Source: Candidatus Methanomethylophilaceae archaeon
GTDB taxonomy: Archaea; Thermoplasmatota; Thermoplasmata; Methanomassiliicoccales; Methanomethylophilaceae
Length of the DNA stretch: 64,000 bases
Assembly: GCA_944320495.1 (NCBI GenBank)
Contig: CALUHR010000001.1
Coordinates: 1-64,000, forward strand
Direction: 5' to 3'
Shown here: positions 10,534-22,317 of the stretch, piece by piece
Layout: every line of letters starts with the position of its first letter
How positions within the stretch are numbered: the first letter of the stretch is position 1
Program-made: the position numbers and the translations under genes
Notes under the pieces: model-generated
What the model was told of the DNA's origin: nothing
What the model saw: only the letters and a program-made list of their open reading frames with translations
Database searches by the model: none

Positions 10534-11790
10534 TCACTCCTCGGGAGGGGCCCTCTTGTCCATGACTCTGCACTCGTCGGCCATGTGGCCCTTGACGCTG
10601 ACGACGCTGAACTCGACGTCGTCCGCCATGACCCTGTCCCCGGTCGCCGGGGGCCTGCCGAGCCTGTGCATCAGGAATCCGGAGAGGGTGTTCTCCTCGT
10701 ATCCCTCGACGCTGAAGTCCCTCCCGAGGGCATCCATCAGATCATAGACGCTGGTGGCGCCGTTCACGGTGAAGGACCCGTCGGTGTTGGCGACGATGTC
10801 CTGGTGGATCTCGTCGCTCTCGTCCCAGATCTCTCCGACGAGTGCCTCGAGGACGTCCTCCAGGGTGATGATGCCTATGGTCCCGCCGTACGAGTCCAGG
10901 ACGACCGCCATGTGGGTCTTGGTCCTCTGGAAGTCGTTGAGCAGGTCGGATGCCCTGGTGGACTCCGGGACGTACTTGACCGTGGTCATGAGGTCCGTCA
11001 CGCCGCAGGGCATGCCCTTGCGCTTGGCGGTGAAGTACCTCTTGGCGGAGACCATGCCCACGATGTCGTCGATGGTGCCGTTGTACACGGGGTATCTGGA
11101 GAACTCCGTCTCCGTGACGAGGTCCGCGAGCTTCTCCGAGTCGGCATCCTTCGCGATGGCCACGATCTCGGTCCTGGGGACGCAGAGGTCGCCGACCATG
11201 ACGTCGTCGAACCTTATGGCGGACTTGATGAGCTCGCTCTCGCGGTCCTTCAGGACGCCGTCGTCCTCGCACTCGTCGATGAGGACCTCCAGCTCCTCGT
11301 CGCTCATGGCGGTGTTCTCGTCCTCGCCGATGGCCTTGGTGAGCTTGGTGAACAGCCAGGACACCGGGGAGAGGGCGCGAATCAGACCGTTGAACATGTT
11401 GGCGGTCTTGATGCACCACTTCTCGGGGCTCTTCTTGGCCACGGACTTGGGGATGATCTCGCAGAACGTCAGGGAGACCAGCGTCATCACGACGATGTTC
11501 ACCAGGCTTCCCAGGTCGCCGAACAGCGCGACGAACATGACCGTGGCGACGGTGCTCGAGGCGATGTTGACCACGTTCACACCGATTAGGTTGGTGGTGA
11601 GGAACTTGTCATAGTCCTCCAGCATCGTCAGCGCCTTCTCGGCCTTGGCGTTCCCATCGTTCGCCATCTTCTTGAGCCTGACACGGTTGGCGCCGGTGAA
11701 GGCCGTCTCCGTCAGGGAGAAGAAAGCGGAACAGATGACCAGTACAATGATGATTGAGGCGTAGATTATGGTCAGGCTGTCCATATCCAC
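10534..11790 (-). CDS. HlyC/CorC (CNNM) family Mg/Co transporter with DUF21, CBS and CorC domains
   Basis: AFFSLTETAF, FCEIIPKS, FSRYPVY and VVLDSYGGTIGIITLEDVLEALVGEIWDE motifs. Confidence 0.92.
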   Translation of the reverse strand: MDMDSLTIIYASIIIVLVICSAFFSLTETAFTGANRVRLKKMANDGNAKAEKALTMLEDYDKFLTTNLIGVNVVNIASSTVATVMFVALFGDLGSLVNIVVMTLVSLTFCEIIPKSVAKKSPEKWCIKTANMFNGLIRALSPVSWLFTKLTKAIGEDENTAMSDEELEVLIDECEDDGVLKDRESELIKSAIRFDDVMVGDLCVPRTEIVAIAKDADSEKLADLVTETEFSRYPVYNGTIDDIVGMVSAKRYFTAKRKGMPCGVTDLMTTVKYVPESTRASDLLNDFQRTKTHMAVVLDSYGGTIGIITLEDVLEALVGEIWDESDEIHQDIVANTDGSFTVNGATSVYDLMDALGRDFSVEGYEENTLSGFLMHRLGRPPATGDRVMADDVEFSVVSVKGHMADECRVMDKRAPPEE

Positions 11791-11801
11791 GCACCGTTAT
11801 T

Positions 11802-11880
11802 GTCGGAATCAGATTCTGACATATGTTGTCGGTGGATTATCTATCGTTCCAACTATATGAATGTGTCTGATGACAGACAC
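11802..11880. promoter_or_regulatory. Two palindromes in the promoter region of the CNNM gene
   Basis: GTCGGAATC-A-GATTCTGAC (11802-11820, one mismatch) and GTGTCTG-ATGA-CAGACAC (11863-11880, perfect). Confidence 0.4.
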
Positions 11881-11893
11881 AGGGGGCTCGTAT

Positions 11894-13279
11894 TCAGTCC
11901 GAATGTGCGATATCGCTCATGTTCCCGTCCCCGAGCCTCCCGCGGAGCACCGAGAGGACGTACAGTCCGAACATCGCGACGATGCAGGTCCCGATGACCT
12001 CCCCCACGGTCACGCTCCACCAGATCCCGGTCAGGGTGGATCCTATCAGCACGCACACCGGGATACGGATGAAGTTGCGGAGGGAGGAGGCGAGCAGCGC
12101 CCACAGCCCCCTGCCGATGGACTGGAACATGCTGGATGTGAGGATCCCTATCGAGCAGAACGGCATCATCAGCAGTCCGATTCTGACGAAGCGGGTCATC
12201 TCCTCGGACAGGGCCACGGTGTCTCCGGAATACGTGAACAGGTAGACGAGCCAGGGGGCTGCGACCATGGCGACGGCGGCCAGGCACGCCATAGCCAGGA
12301 CGCTGTACTTCAGGCCGTACATGTACGTCGCCCTGATCTTCCTGTAGTTGCCCTGCCCGTACGCGGCCGCGCTTATGGGGACCAGGGCGGAACCGAAGGA
12401 TATGGACAGGATCATGACCAGGTCGAGTATCCTCCAGCCGGTCGTGTAGGTCGCCACTCCGTTGATGGGGTCCACGGCCTCGATCAGGATGTTCATTATC
12501 AGGGTGGAGATGGAGACGAGGATCATCTCGACGGATGCGGGTATGCCGACGCGGAGTATGTCCCAGTCGATGGCCCTGTCGAAGCGGAACCCCCTGAACG
12601 AGATCTTCACATAGGTGTCGCGGTGCATGTAGATGTAGACGGCCAGGAGGGACGCGACGACCATGCACAGGGCGCTGGCCACGGCGGCTCCCATGACGCC
12701 CATTCCGAGGCCGTAGATGAGCAGAGGGTCCATTACCATGTGGACGGCGACGCCGGCGATCTGGATGAGCATGGACATCTTCGCAGCGCCCTCGGACCTC
12801 AGCAGCGCGCTGAAGATGAAGCTCAGGAGATAGATCGGCGAGCAGACCATTATTGGGACGCCGTAGGCGAGGACCTCGTCGATGTACACGCCGGCACCGG
12901 CGGCCTCGAAGATCCCCTCCGGGAAGAGGGCGAAGACGATCGCGATGACGATTCCCACGAGCACCCCGATCACGAGCGTCTGGGATGCTACGCGTCCGGC
13001 ACCCTCCCTGTCCCCTATGCCGATGCGGCGCGCGATGGCCTGTGAAGCACCCACGCCGAGACCGTTCCCTATGCCGATGAGGATGAAGAAGAACGGGAAC
13101 ACCACGCCCGTGGCAGCGAGCGCGGCGGTCCCGACCCCGGACACCCATATGGCGTCGACGAGGTTGTTCAGGGACTGGACGAGCATGCCTATCGCTATGG
13201 GTACGACCATGGCGATGAGCGCCCTCTTCGGGTCGCCCAGGATGTTCCCCGTGTCCCTCGCTGGCTCGGTGTCGGTCAT
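11894..13279 (-). CDS. MATE family efflux transporter
   Basis: About 12 hydrophobic segments; NLVDAIWVSGVGTAALAA, LRSEG and DPLLIYG...GAAVAS MATE motifs. Confidence 0.93.
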   Translation of the reverse strand: MTDTEPARDTGNILGDPKRALIAMVVPIAIGMLVQSLNNLVDAIWVSGVGTAALAATGVVFPFFFILIGIGNGLGVGASQAIARRIGIGDREGAGRVASQTLVIGVLVGIVIAIVFALFPEGIFEAAGAGVYIDEVLAYGVPIMVCSPIYLLSFIFSALLRSEGAAKMSMLIQIAGVAVHMVMDPLLIYGLGMGVMGAAVASALCMVVASLLAVYIYMHRDTYVKISFRGFRFDRAIDWDILRVGIPASVEMILVSISTLIMNILIEAVDPINGVATYTTGWRILDLVMILSISFGSALVPISAAAYGQGNYRKIRATYMYGLKYSVLAMACLAAVAMVAAPWLVYLFTYSGDTVALSEEMTRFVRIGLLMMPFCSIGILTSSMFQSIGRGLWALLASSLRNFIRIPVCVLIGSTLTGIWWSVTVGEVIGTCIVAMFGLYVLSVLRGRLGDGNMSDIAHSD

Positions 13280-13346
13280 GAACCGGCCGTTGCGAGGTAT
13301 GATTTTAAGCTTATGGGTCTGAGGATGGTCCGGCAGGAGCCGCGGG

Positions 13347-13802
13347 TCACTCGATGAGGTTCCTGATCCAGTCCTTCTCCTCCTCGGTGACCTCGCCGTC
13401 GACGGCGCACACCATGAGGCAGAGGAGGACGATGTCGTCCTTGAGCTCGGGGCTGACCCTCCCGATGACGTCGATCATCTGGTCCATGGCCCTCTTGTAG
13501 TCCTTGGGCTTGTCCAGACCCTCGTCGTAGAACAGCCTCTGGGCGTCCTCGAAGGTCGTCTCCCTCTGCAGGATGAGGTCCAGGGACGGCTTCAGGAAGA
13601 GGTACTCCTTCTCCGTAAGTTCCCCGTCCGCCGCGACCGCGCAGAGTATGAAGTCCGCGAAAACGGAGACCCCGCTCAGACTGTCCTCCGTGATGCCGAT
13701 CAGCGCCTTGATGACGTCCGCGGACTTCTGGTTGACGATGTCGTTGAACGTGTCGTTGTCCATGTCCTCGAGTACCTGGCACAGGGCGTCGAAGTTGCTC
13801 AT
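13347..13802 (-). CDS. TerB-like (tellurite resistance family) protein
   Basis: Duplicated AVAADGELTEKE and CAVDGEVTEEE motifs. Confidence 0.75.
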   Translation of the reverse strand: MSNFDALCQVLEDMDNDTFNDIVNQKSADVIKALIGITEDSLSGVSVFADFILCAVAADGELTEKEYLFLKPSLDLILQRETTFEDAQRLFYDEGLDKPKDYKRAMDQMIDVIGRVSPELKDDIVLLCLMVCAVDGEVTEEEKDWIRNLIE

Positions 13803-13912
13803 GCTGACGGCGGAGATGTTTCATATTTAATATCTGTCCAAACGAAGCTTCGGTCTGCCACTAAGTGTCACGGAACCGCAGACCTCTTATCCGTGATGCC
13901 GTTCGGACGTCC

Positions 13913-14740
13913 ATGGCAGTCGCTCTCCGCATCATCAGGCTCACCCAGAGGATAGACGAGGGTGACTACGACGCTTATCTCCAGCTGAAAGCCCTGGCTA
14001 AGACCGATCCCGACGCCAGGCGCGTCCTCAAGACCGTCCGCGAACCCGCTAAGCCCGCATCCCGCACCGTTAAGGTCGCGCCGCAGCCCAAGGCGGATAC
14101 ACCTAAGCAGGTCGAGGAGAAGGCCAAGGGCGGCGACCAGGTCGCCATCGCGCAGCTCAGGAAGCGCGCCGAGTACGAGGACTCGGCCGCACAGAGCGCT
14201 CTGGGCATCGCCCTCATGAAGACGGATGCAGAGGAGGCGTGCAAATGGCTCATCCGCTCCTGGAAGGTACAGGAGTCCATGGACGCCCTCAGGAGGATGG
14301 CCGCATCCGGCGATGCGAAGGCCGCGGCCTTCGTGGAGGAGCATGCCGGCGACACCCCTTCGCCCAGGGCGAGGCGCGTGGCGGCGGAGGACCAGCCCGT
14401 AAGGGACGAGCTGGGCTACTACAAGCCGCCGACCCGTCACACGAAGCCGAGGATCGGCGACGTCTACCGCCTGAACGACGCGAAGCTCCAGACCGGGCAG
14501 AAGAACAGCATGGTGCTTATCAAGGAGATGAAGGGCGACTTCGTCACCACGTGGACGGTCACCCGCGAGCCCGGGAGGCACAAGGCCGTACTGCTGCTGG
14601 ACCCGTCACTGGCGGGATTCGCCAGCCCCAAAGTGTACGTCCTCACAGACGTGGACCGCGTCTTCAGGAAGGACAGCCTCGCGGAGTACCGCGGGAGCAT
14701 CAGCCCGAGGGACGTGAAGCAGTTCAACCTCTCGGCCTGA
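13913..14740 (+). CDS. Hypothetical protein: helical/SEL1-like N-terminal region plus C-terminal PemK/MazF-like domain
   Basis: The C-terminal region (KPRIGDVYRL...VTTWTVT...VYVLTDVDRVFRKDSLAEYRGSISPRDVKQF) follows the PemK/MazF pattern. AQSALGIALM...EEACKWL resembles a SEL1 repeat. Domain calls were made by eye. Confidence 0.55.
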   Translation: MAVALRIIRLTQRIDEGDYDAYLQLKALAKTDPDARRVLKTVREPAKPASRTVKVAPQPKADTPKQVEEKAKGGDQVAIAQLRKRAEYEDSAAQSALGIALMKTDAEEACKWLIRSWKVQESMDALRRMAASGDAKAAAFVEEHAGDTPSPRARRVAAEDQPVRDELGYYKPPTRHTKPRIGDVYRLNDAKLQTGQKNSMVLIKEMKGDFVTTWTVTREPGRHKAVLLLDPSLAGFASPKVYVLTDVDRVFRKDSLAEYRGSISPRDVKQFNLSA

Positions 14741-14828
14741 AAGGGATCCCCGTCCTTCCGCTTCCTCTCGGAGGACGATCGGTCTGATTGAATAGGTCCC
14801 CGTCGGGACCGTCGTAGAATCATCAGGT

Positions 14829-14851
14829 GGGAGGGGAGGAGGCCCCCTCCC
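14829..14851. terminator. Hairpin between the convergent MazF-like gene and gdhA
   Basis: GGGAGGGG-N7-CCCCTCCC. Confidence 0.45.
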
Positions 14852-14862
14852 GGGGTTTTGGA

Positions 14863-16263
<1,401 letters not shown>

Positions 16264-16715
16264 CTATATAATACAAGCTTCGGTTCAAAACCGATATATT
16301 CGACATACATCTATTTAATTCTATACAATCAAAACATATATGCTAGGAATATTCTGAATTATAGATGTTTGAACATTTACAAAATGGCAAGCTTCCTGCT
16401 CGGATGAGCATCACTGGATGATAATCCGATCCACATGAGCATAACGTAGGGGATGTACGATACAAATGTCTGAAAGGACTCTGGGAAGGTCGGGGGCTCC
16501 CGCCACTGTCGGACCTTGTTGGCCTTGATGGCGCCTTCGGCCATGTCGAACTGCAGGTCGGCCATCATGAGGAGGTAGTCACGCCTCTCTTGCCGCAGGG
16601 GACCACACCGTAAGTGCGGGGGCCATCACTGGAATCGTGGATCTCGTGGCATCCCTGATGTTTTTACGTCCCGCGGTTCCCAGGTGGTGGAGAAAGGATC
16701 GAAACGGTTTCGGAC

Positions 16716-16736
16716 GGGGGCGGGATGTCCGCCCCC
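16716..16736 (-). terminator. Hairpin downstream of carB
   Basis: GGGGGCGG-GATGT-CCGCCCCC. Confidence 0.5.
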
Positions 16737-16743
16737 GCCGTAA

Positions 16744-19700
16744 TCAGTTGACCAGGTTGTGGAACTCCTTCATGCTCCTGACGCTGAGCTTCTCGGAGCG
16801 GGCGACCTTGATCGATCCCACCGCCATCTCCGCGCCGGGCACGGTGGTGACGTACGGGATCTCCAGCTCGACCGCGAGCCTGCGCATGGTGTATCCGTCG
16901 CGGACGGCGCCGGACTTGAGCGAGGGGGTGTTGATGATCAGGTTGATGTCGCCGTCCCTCATCAGTCCGACCGCGTTGGGCTTCTGGTTCTCGTCGAGCC
17001 TGAACACGGGGACGGTCTCCACGCCGTGCTCCCTCAGGAACGTGGACGTCCCCTTGGTGGCGTATATGGTGAATCCCATCTCCTTGAGGTCCCTGGCCAC
17101 CTGGACGATCCTGGGCTTGTCCTGGTCGTTGACGGTGATGTAGACGCCGCCCTCGGTCGGGAGCTTGTTGCCCGCGGCCACCTGGGCCTTGTAGCAGGCC
17201 GTGTGGAAGTCCTCGTCGATTCCCATGACCTCCCCGGTGGACTTCATCTCCGGCGTGAGGATGGAGTCGACGCCGGGCAGCTTGAGGAACGGGAAGACGG
17301 ACTCCTTGACGGCGTAGTGGTCGATGGACCTGTATCCCTTGAGGCCGAAGTCCTTCAGGGTCTTGCCGAGCATGACCTTGACGCCCACCTTGGCGAGCGG
17401 TATTCCGGTGGCCTTGGAGATGAAGGGGACGGTCCTGGACGCGCGGGGGTTGGCCTCGATCATGTAGATCTCGTCGTCCTTCACCGCGAGCTGGAGGTTC
17501 ATCAGTCCCTTGATGTGCAGGGCGAGGGCGACCTTGTCCGCGATGGCGACGATCTCCTCGATCACCTTGGGCTTCAGGGTGAACGGCGGGAGGACCATGG
17601 TGGCGTCCCCGGAGTGGCATCCGGCGTACTCCACGTGCTCCATGATGCCGCCGACGTACACGTCGGTGCCGTCGCAGACGCAGTCCACGTCGATCTCGGT
17701 GGCCTCGGTGAGGTACTTGTCGATGAGGATCGGGTGGTTCCTGGAGACCTTCACGGCGGTGTCGACGTAGGTCTTCAGCTCCTCGGTGGAGTAGACGATC
17801 TCCATCGCCCTGCCTCCGAGGACGTAGGACGGGCGCACGAGGACGGGGTATCCGATGTCCTCGGCGATGGCCTTGGCCTCCTCGAAGGAATACCCGGTCC
17901 CGGACTTCGGCTGCTTGATGCCGAGCTCGTCCATGAGCTTGGAGAACCTGCGGCGGTCCTCGGCGACGTCCATGTCGTCGGGGGTGGTGCCCAGGATCCT
18001 CGTCTTCGTGCCCTTCAGGGACCTCTCCAGGTCCACGGCGAGGTTGACGGAGGTCTGTCCGCCGTACTGGCAGATGACGCCGTCGGCGTCCTCGGACTCG
18101 ATGACGTTCAGCACGTCCTCCAGGGTCAGGGGCTCGAAGTAGAGCCTGTCGGAGATGTCGTAGTCGGTGGAAACGGTCTCGGGGTTGTTGTTGATGATGA
18201 CGGCGTCGACCCCCTCCTCCTGCAGCGCCATGACTCCGTGGACGCAGCAGTAGTCGAACTCGATCCCCTGTCCGATCCTGATGGGTCCGCCTCCGACGAT
18301 GACGACCTTCTTCTTGCCCTCCTCGGGCTTGGCCTCGGACCTGTGGCCGTAGGTTGAGTAGAAGTAGGGGGTCTGCGCCTCGAACTCGGCGGCGCAAGTG
18401 TCGACCATCTTGTAGACGGGGACGATGTCCTCGGACTTGCGCATGGCGCGCACGTCCTGCTGGTGGATGCCGCAGATGTCCGCGATGGTCTCGTCGGAGA
18501 ATCCCATCCTCTTGGCCTCCCTGAGAACCTCGGGGGTGAGCCCCTCGGCGAGGCGCTTCTCCATCTTGACGACGTTGAGCAGCTTCCTGACGAAGAAGAT
18601 GTCCCATTTGGCGAGATCGGCGACCTCCTCGGGGCTCCATCCCTTCCTGAGGGCCTCTGCCATGACGAAGATGCGCTTGTCGGTGGCGTTGACCAGCTCC
18701 TCGCGGATCTCGTCGTCGGTGACCTCGACGCGGTCGAGTCCCTTGACACCGATCTCCAGGGACCTGAGTCCCTTGAGCAGGGCCTCCTCGAAGGTCCTGC
18801 CGATGGACATGACCTCCCCGGTGGACTTCATCTGGGTGCCGAGGTGGCGGTCGACGGTGCGGAACTTGTCGAAGGGCCAGCGCGGGATCTTGATGACCAC
18901 GTAGTCGATGGACGGCTCGAACGCCGCGCAGGTGGTGCCGGTGATCCTGTTGGGGATCTCGTCGAGGGTGTATCCGACGGCGATCTTGGTGGCGACCCTG
19001 GCGATCGGGTATCCGGTCGCCTTGGAGGCGAGGGCGGAGGACCTGGACACACGGGGGTTGACCTCGATGAGCCTGTAGTCCCCGTTGGCGGGGTTGAACG
19101 CGAACTGGACGTTGCATCCTCCCTCGATGTTGAGGGCGCGGATGACCTTGAGGGCGGCGGTCCTGAGGCGCTGGTGGTCGGTGTCGGAGAGGGTCAGGCA
19201 GGGCGCGACGACGATGGACTCGCCGGTGTGGATGCCCATGGCGTCCAGGTTCTCCATGTTGCAGATGATGATGCAGTTGTCGTTGGAGTCCCTCATGACC
19301 TCGTACTCGTACTCCTTCCATCCGAGGACGGACTCCTCGATGAGGACCTGGTGGATCCTGGAGTAGGCGAGTCCGCGGGCGCAGATCTCCTCCAGCTCCT
19401 CCTCGTTGTGGGCGATTCCTCCGCCGGTGCCTCCCAGGGTGTAGGCGGGGCGCACGAGGACGGGGTATCTGCCGATGATCTTGACGGCCTCCTTGGCCTC
19501 CTCGATGGTGTTGACCGAGCGGGAGACGGGGACGGGCTCCCCGATCCTCTCCATGGTCTCCTTGAACAGCTCCCTGTCCTCGGACATGGCGATTGCATCG
19601 GGCTGGGTCCCAACGAGGGAGCATCCGAGCCTCTCGAGCTCTCCGGAGTCGGCGAGCTCCGAGCAGATGTTCAGGGCGGTCTGGCCGCCCATTCCGGACA

Positions 19701-19953
19701 GCACGCCGTCGACCCCCTCCCTCTCTATGATCTTGGCGATGTTGGCGGCCTCGAGCGGCTCGATGTAGACGCTGTCGGCGGTGTCGGTGTCGGTCTGGAT
19801 GGTGGCGGGGTTCGAGTTGACCAGGACGGTTCTGTACCCCTCCTCCTTCAGGGAGCGGCAGGCCTGCGTTCCGGAGAAGTCGAACTCGGCGGCCTGGCCG
19901 ATGACGATGGGTCCGGACCCGATCACCATGAGCTTCTTGTAATCCTTCCTCAT
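16744..19953 (-). CDS. carB: Carbamoyl-phosphate synthase large subunit
   Basis: GSGPIVIGQAAEFDFSG start, two ATP-grasp domains and a C-terminal MGS domain; 1069 aa. Confidence 0.98.
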   Translation of the reverse strand: MRKDYKKLMVIGSGPIVIGQAAEFDFSGTQACRSLKEEGYRTVLVNSNPATIQTDTDTADSVYIEPLEAANIAKIIEREGVDGVLSGMGGQTALNICSELADSGELERLGCSLVGTQPDAIAMSEDRELFKETMERIGEPVPVSRSVNTIEEAKEAVKIIGRYPVLVRPAYTLGGTGGGIAHNEEELEEICARGLAYSRIHQVLIEESVLGWKEYEYEVMRDSNDNCIIICNMENLDAMGIHTGESIVVAPCLTLSDTDHQRLRTAALKVIRALNIEGGCNVQFAFNPANGDYRLIEVNPRVSRSSALASKATGYPIARVATKIAVGYTLDEIPNRITGTTCAAFEPSIDYVVIKIPRWPFDKFRTVDRHLGTQMKSTGEVMSIGRTFEEALLKGLRSLEIGVKGLDRVEVTDDEIREELVNATDKRIFVMAEALRKGWSPEEVADLAKWDIFFVRKLLNVVKMEKRLAEGLTPEVLREAKRMGFSDETIADICGIHQQDVRAMRKSEDIVPVYKMVDTCAAEFEAQTPYFYSTYGHRSEAKPEEGKKKVVIVGGGPIRIGQGIEFDYCCVHGVMALQEEGVDAVIINNNPETVSTDYDISDRLYFEPLTLEDVLNVIESEDADGVICQYGGQTSVNLAVDLERSLKGTKTRILGTTPDDMDVAEDRRRFSKLMDELGIKQPKSGTGYSFEEAKAIAEDIGYPVLVRPSYVLGGRAMEIVYSTEELKTYVDTAVKVSRNHPILIDKYLTEATEIDVDCVCDGTDVYVGGIMEHVEYAGCHSGDATMVLPPFTLKPKVIEEIVAIADKVALALHIKGLMNLQLAVKDDEIYMIEANPRASRTVPFISKATGIPLAKVGVKVMLGKTLKDFGLKGYRSIDHYAVKESVFPFLKLPGVDSILTPEMKSTGEVMGIDEDFHTACYKAQVAAGNKLPTEGGVYITVNDQDKPRIVQVARDLKEMGFTIYATKGTSTFLREHGVETVPVFRLDENQKPNAVGLMRDGDINLIINTPSLKSGAVRDGYTMRRLAVELEIPYVTTVPGAEMAVGSIKVARSEKLSVRSMKEFHNLVN

Positions 19954-21035
19954 AGTTTCCCCTCCCTGATCATCCTGCCGAACCAATCGAACAGGTAAGA
20001 GGTGTCGCAGGGCCCGGGCGAGGCCTCGGGATGGTACTGGGACGTGAAGATGGGCAGGTTCTTGTGGACGACGCCCTCGACCGACCCGTCGTTGACGTTC
20101 TTCTGGTTGACGACGAGGTCGGTGCCGTCGAGGCTGTGCTCGTCGACGGCGAATCCGTGGTTCTGGGATGTGATGTAGACGCGGTTGTCGCATTTCACCG
20201 GCTGGTTGCATCCCCTGTGGCCGAACTTGAGCTTGTAGGTGGAGCCGCCCATGGCGATGCCGATGAGCTGACTGCCGAAGCAGATCCCGAACATCGGGAG
20301 CTGGCCGGCCAGGTCGGACACGGTCCTTACGGTGGTCTTGAGGATGTCCGGATGGGACGGGTCCCCCGGTCCGTTGGATATGAGGACTCCCTTCACTCCG
20401 GACTCGACGATAACGTCGGCGGGGGTGTCGTACGGGAACGTGACCACGTTGAACCTGGCGTTCAGGTCCCTCTGGATCCCGGACTTGGTGCCGCAGTCGA
20501 TCAGACCGACGGTGATGTCCTTGCCGTTGTCCCTGGACGAGATCTCTTTGCACGAGACCTCACTGACCAGGTTGCTCTCGGACGGGGCGGGCATCCTCTG
20601 GAGCCTCTTGATCGTCTCCTCCAGACCCTCGGCGTCCGTGGTGATGGCGCCCTTTACGGTGCCGCCGGTACGGATCTTGATGACCAGCTCCCTGGTGTCG
20701 ATGCCGGAGATGCCGGGTATGCCGTAGAACTTCAGGAAGTCGTCGATGGTCCTGCTGCCGTACATCGGGGACGGCTCCTTGCAGTATTCCCTGACCACGA
20801 GACCCCTGGTGTGGATCGCCTTTGACTGATAGTATTCCTCGGCAACGCCGTAGTTGCCGATGAGCGGATATGTCATGACGAGGATCTGTCCACGGAACGA
20901 CGGGTCGGTCAGGCTCTCCTGGTAACCGCACATGCCGGTCGTGAAAACTACCTCTCCGTCCGTCTCGCATTCCGCGCCGAACGTCTCCCCTTCGAAAACG
21001 GTCCCGTCCTCCAGGACCAAGTATCCCTTTGCCAT
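19950..21035 (-). CDS. carA: Carbamoyl-phosphate synthase small subunit
   Basis: GEVVFTTGMCGYQE, SNGPGDP, GICFGSQL and QYHPEASPGP motifs; ATGA overlap with carB. Confidence 0.97.
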   Translation of the reverse strand: MAKGYLVLEDGTVFEGETFGAECETDGEVVFTTGMCGYQESLTDPSFRGQILVMTYPLIGNYGVAEEYYQSKAIHTRGLVVREYCKEPSPMYGSRTIDDFLKFYGIPGISGIDTRELVIKIRTGGTVKGAITTDAEGLEETIKRLQRMPAPSESNLVSEVSCKEISSRDNGKDITVGLIDCGTKSGIQRDLNARFNVVTFPYDTPADVIVESGVKGVLISNGPGDPSHPDILKTTVRTVSDLAGQLPMFGICFGSQLIGIAMGGSTYKLKFGHRGCNQPVKCDNRVYITSQNHGFAVDEHSLDGTDLVVNQKNVNDGSVEGVVHKNLPIFTSQYHPEASPGPCDTSYLFDWFGRMIREGKL

Positions 21036-21186
21036 CGGGGATTTCTCAGATTTGAGGACCGTATATAATGTCTCCGAACGGGTCATGACACCCCGCTCGG
21101 AAGGTTGTCGGATAGGCGACATAACCGGGTCCGGGCGCTCCCGGGCGGGCGACACCTCTTTAGGCCCGGCGGGATATGGGCGGCCC

Positions 21187-22227
21187 ATGCGCATCCTGGG
21201 CGAGGACCGTGGGTCCGGCAGCGTGAAGGTCCTCATCGAGACCGACGAGGACATCTGGCACCTCTACAACGTGATCGAGGTCGGGGATCTCGTGACCGCA
21301 TCCACCACACGCAGGGAGGAGAAGTCGGCCGACAAGATCCGTGCCGAGAGGGCGGAGAAGAAGAGGATGACCCTCGGGGTCCGCATGGAGAAGATCGAGT
21401 TCTCCGAGGAGGACCTCCGCCTCAAGCTGCTCGGCACCATCGAGACTGGCCCCCAGGACATCGGCCAGCACCACACGCTCATCCTGGAGACGGGCGATTC
21501 CCTGACGATCGCGAAGACGCACTGGAGGGAGACACAGCTGGAGCGTCTCCAGCGCGCCGTCTCGGATTCGAAGAAGCCGAGGATCGTGTTCGTGTCCCTC
21601 GACCAGGACGAGGCGACGATAGCCGTCCTCAGGCAGTTCGGCCTGAAGGAGGTCGTCACCATAAGGTCCGGGAGGTCCGGCAAGCAGTACGCGGAGAAGC
21701 CCTCCGCCGACGGCTACCACGCGGAGATAGCGGCGAAGCTGGCGCCGCTTATGGAGCCCAACATGCCGCTGGTGCTCCTCGGCCCCGGGTTCGAGAAGGA
21801 GACCCTCTCGGAGGACCTGAAGAAGGCGGATCCGTCCGCGTTCGGCAGGATGTACGTCTACCACACCGGTCAGTGCGGGATGGCGGGGATCAACGAGCTC
21901 CTCAAGGGGGGCATGGGCGCCGACGTCCTCAGGGACTCCGCGGTCGGAACGGAGATCGAGGCCGTGGAGAGGCTGATGGCCGAGATATCCAAACCCAACG
22001 GCCTGGGGACCTACGGGACCCAGGAGGTGATGGACGCCGCCATGGCCGGAGCGGTCGACACGCTGCTGGTGCTCGACTCCAAGGTCCGCGAGCAGGACAT
22101 GGACGACGTGGTCCGCGCCGTGGAGTCCCAGAAGGGCAGCGTCATCGTGGTCTCGGGGCAGCACGACGGCGGTCGCGCCCTCGCATCCCTGGGGGGCATG
22201 GGAGCCATCCTCAGGTACCGTCTCCGA
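21187..22227 (+). CDS. pelA: Archaeal Pelota (aDom34) ribosome-rescue factor; ends at CGA
   Basis: ETDEDIWHLYNVIEVGD start, LLGPGFEK, and the family C-terminus GGMGAILRYRL directly followed by CGA at 22225-22227. Confidence 0.92.
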
Positions 22228-22240
22228 CGTCTCGCCGAGC

Positions 22241-22247
22241 TTATATA
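22241..22247 (+). promoter_or_regulatory. TATA box for the downstream homocitrate-synthase-like gene
   Basis: TTATATA between the Pelota CGA and ATG 22318. Confidence 0.5.
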
Positions 22248-22317
22248 TCGCGCATTTATATGGCGGGTCAGCGAAGGCCGTGCCAATGCGGGCATGGACC
22301 ATTCGGATGGGATGCAT

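Noticed and set aside
16744-20553. 200-aa N-terminal extension of CarB in the 1269-aa track ORF
   Set aside because: It is an alternate frame of carA; the real start is ATG 19953, overlapping the carA stop.
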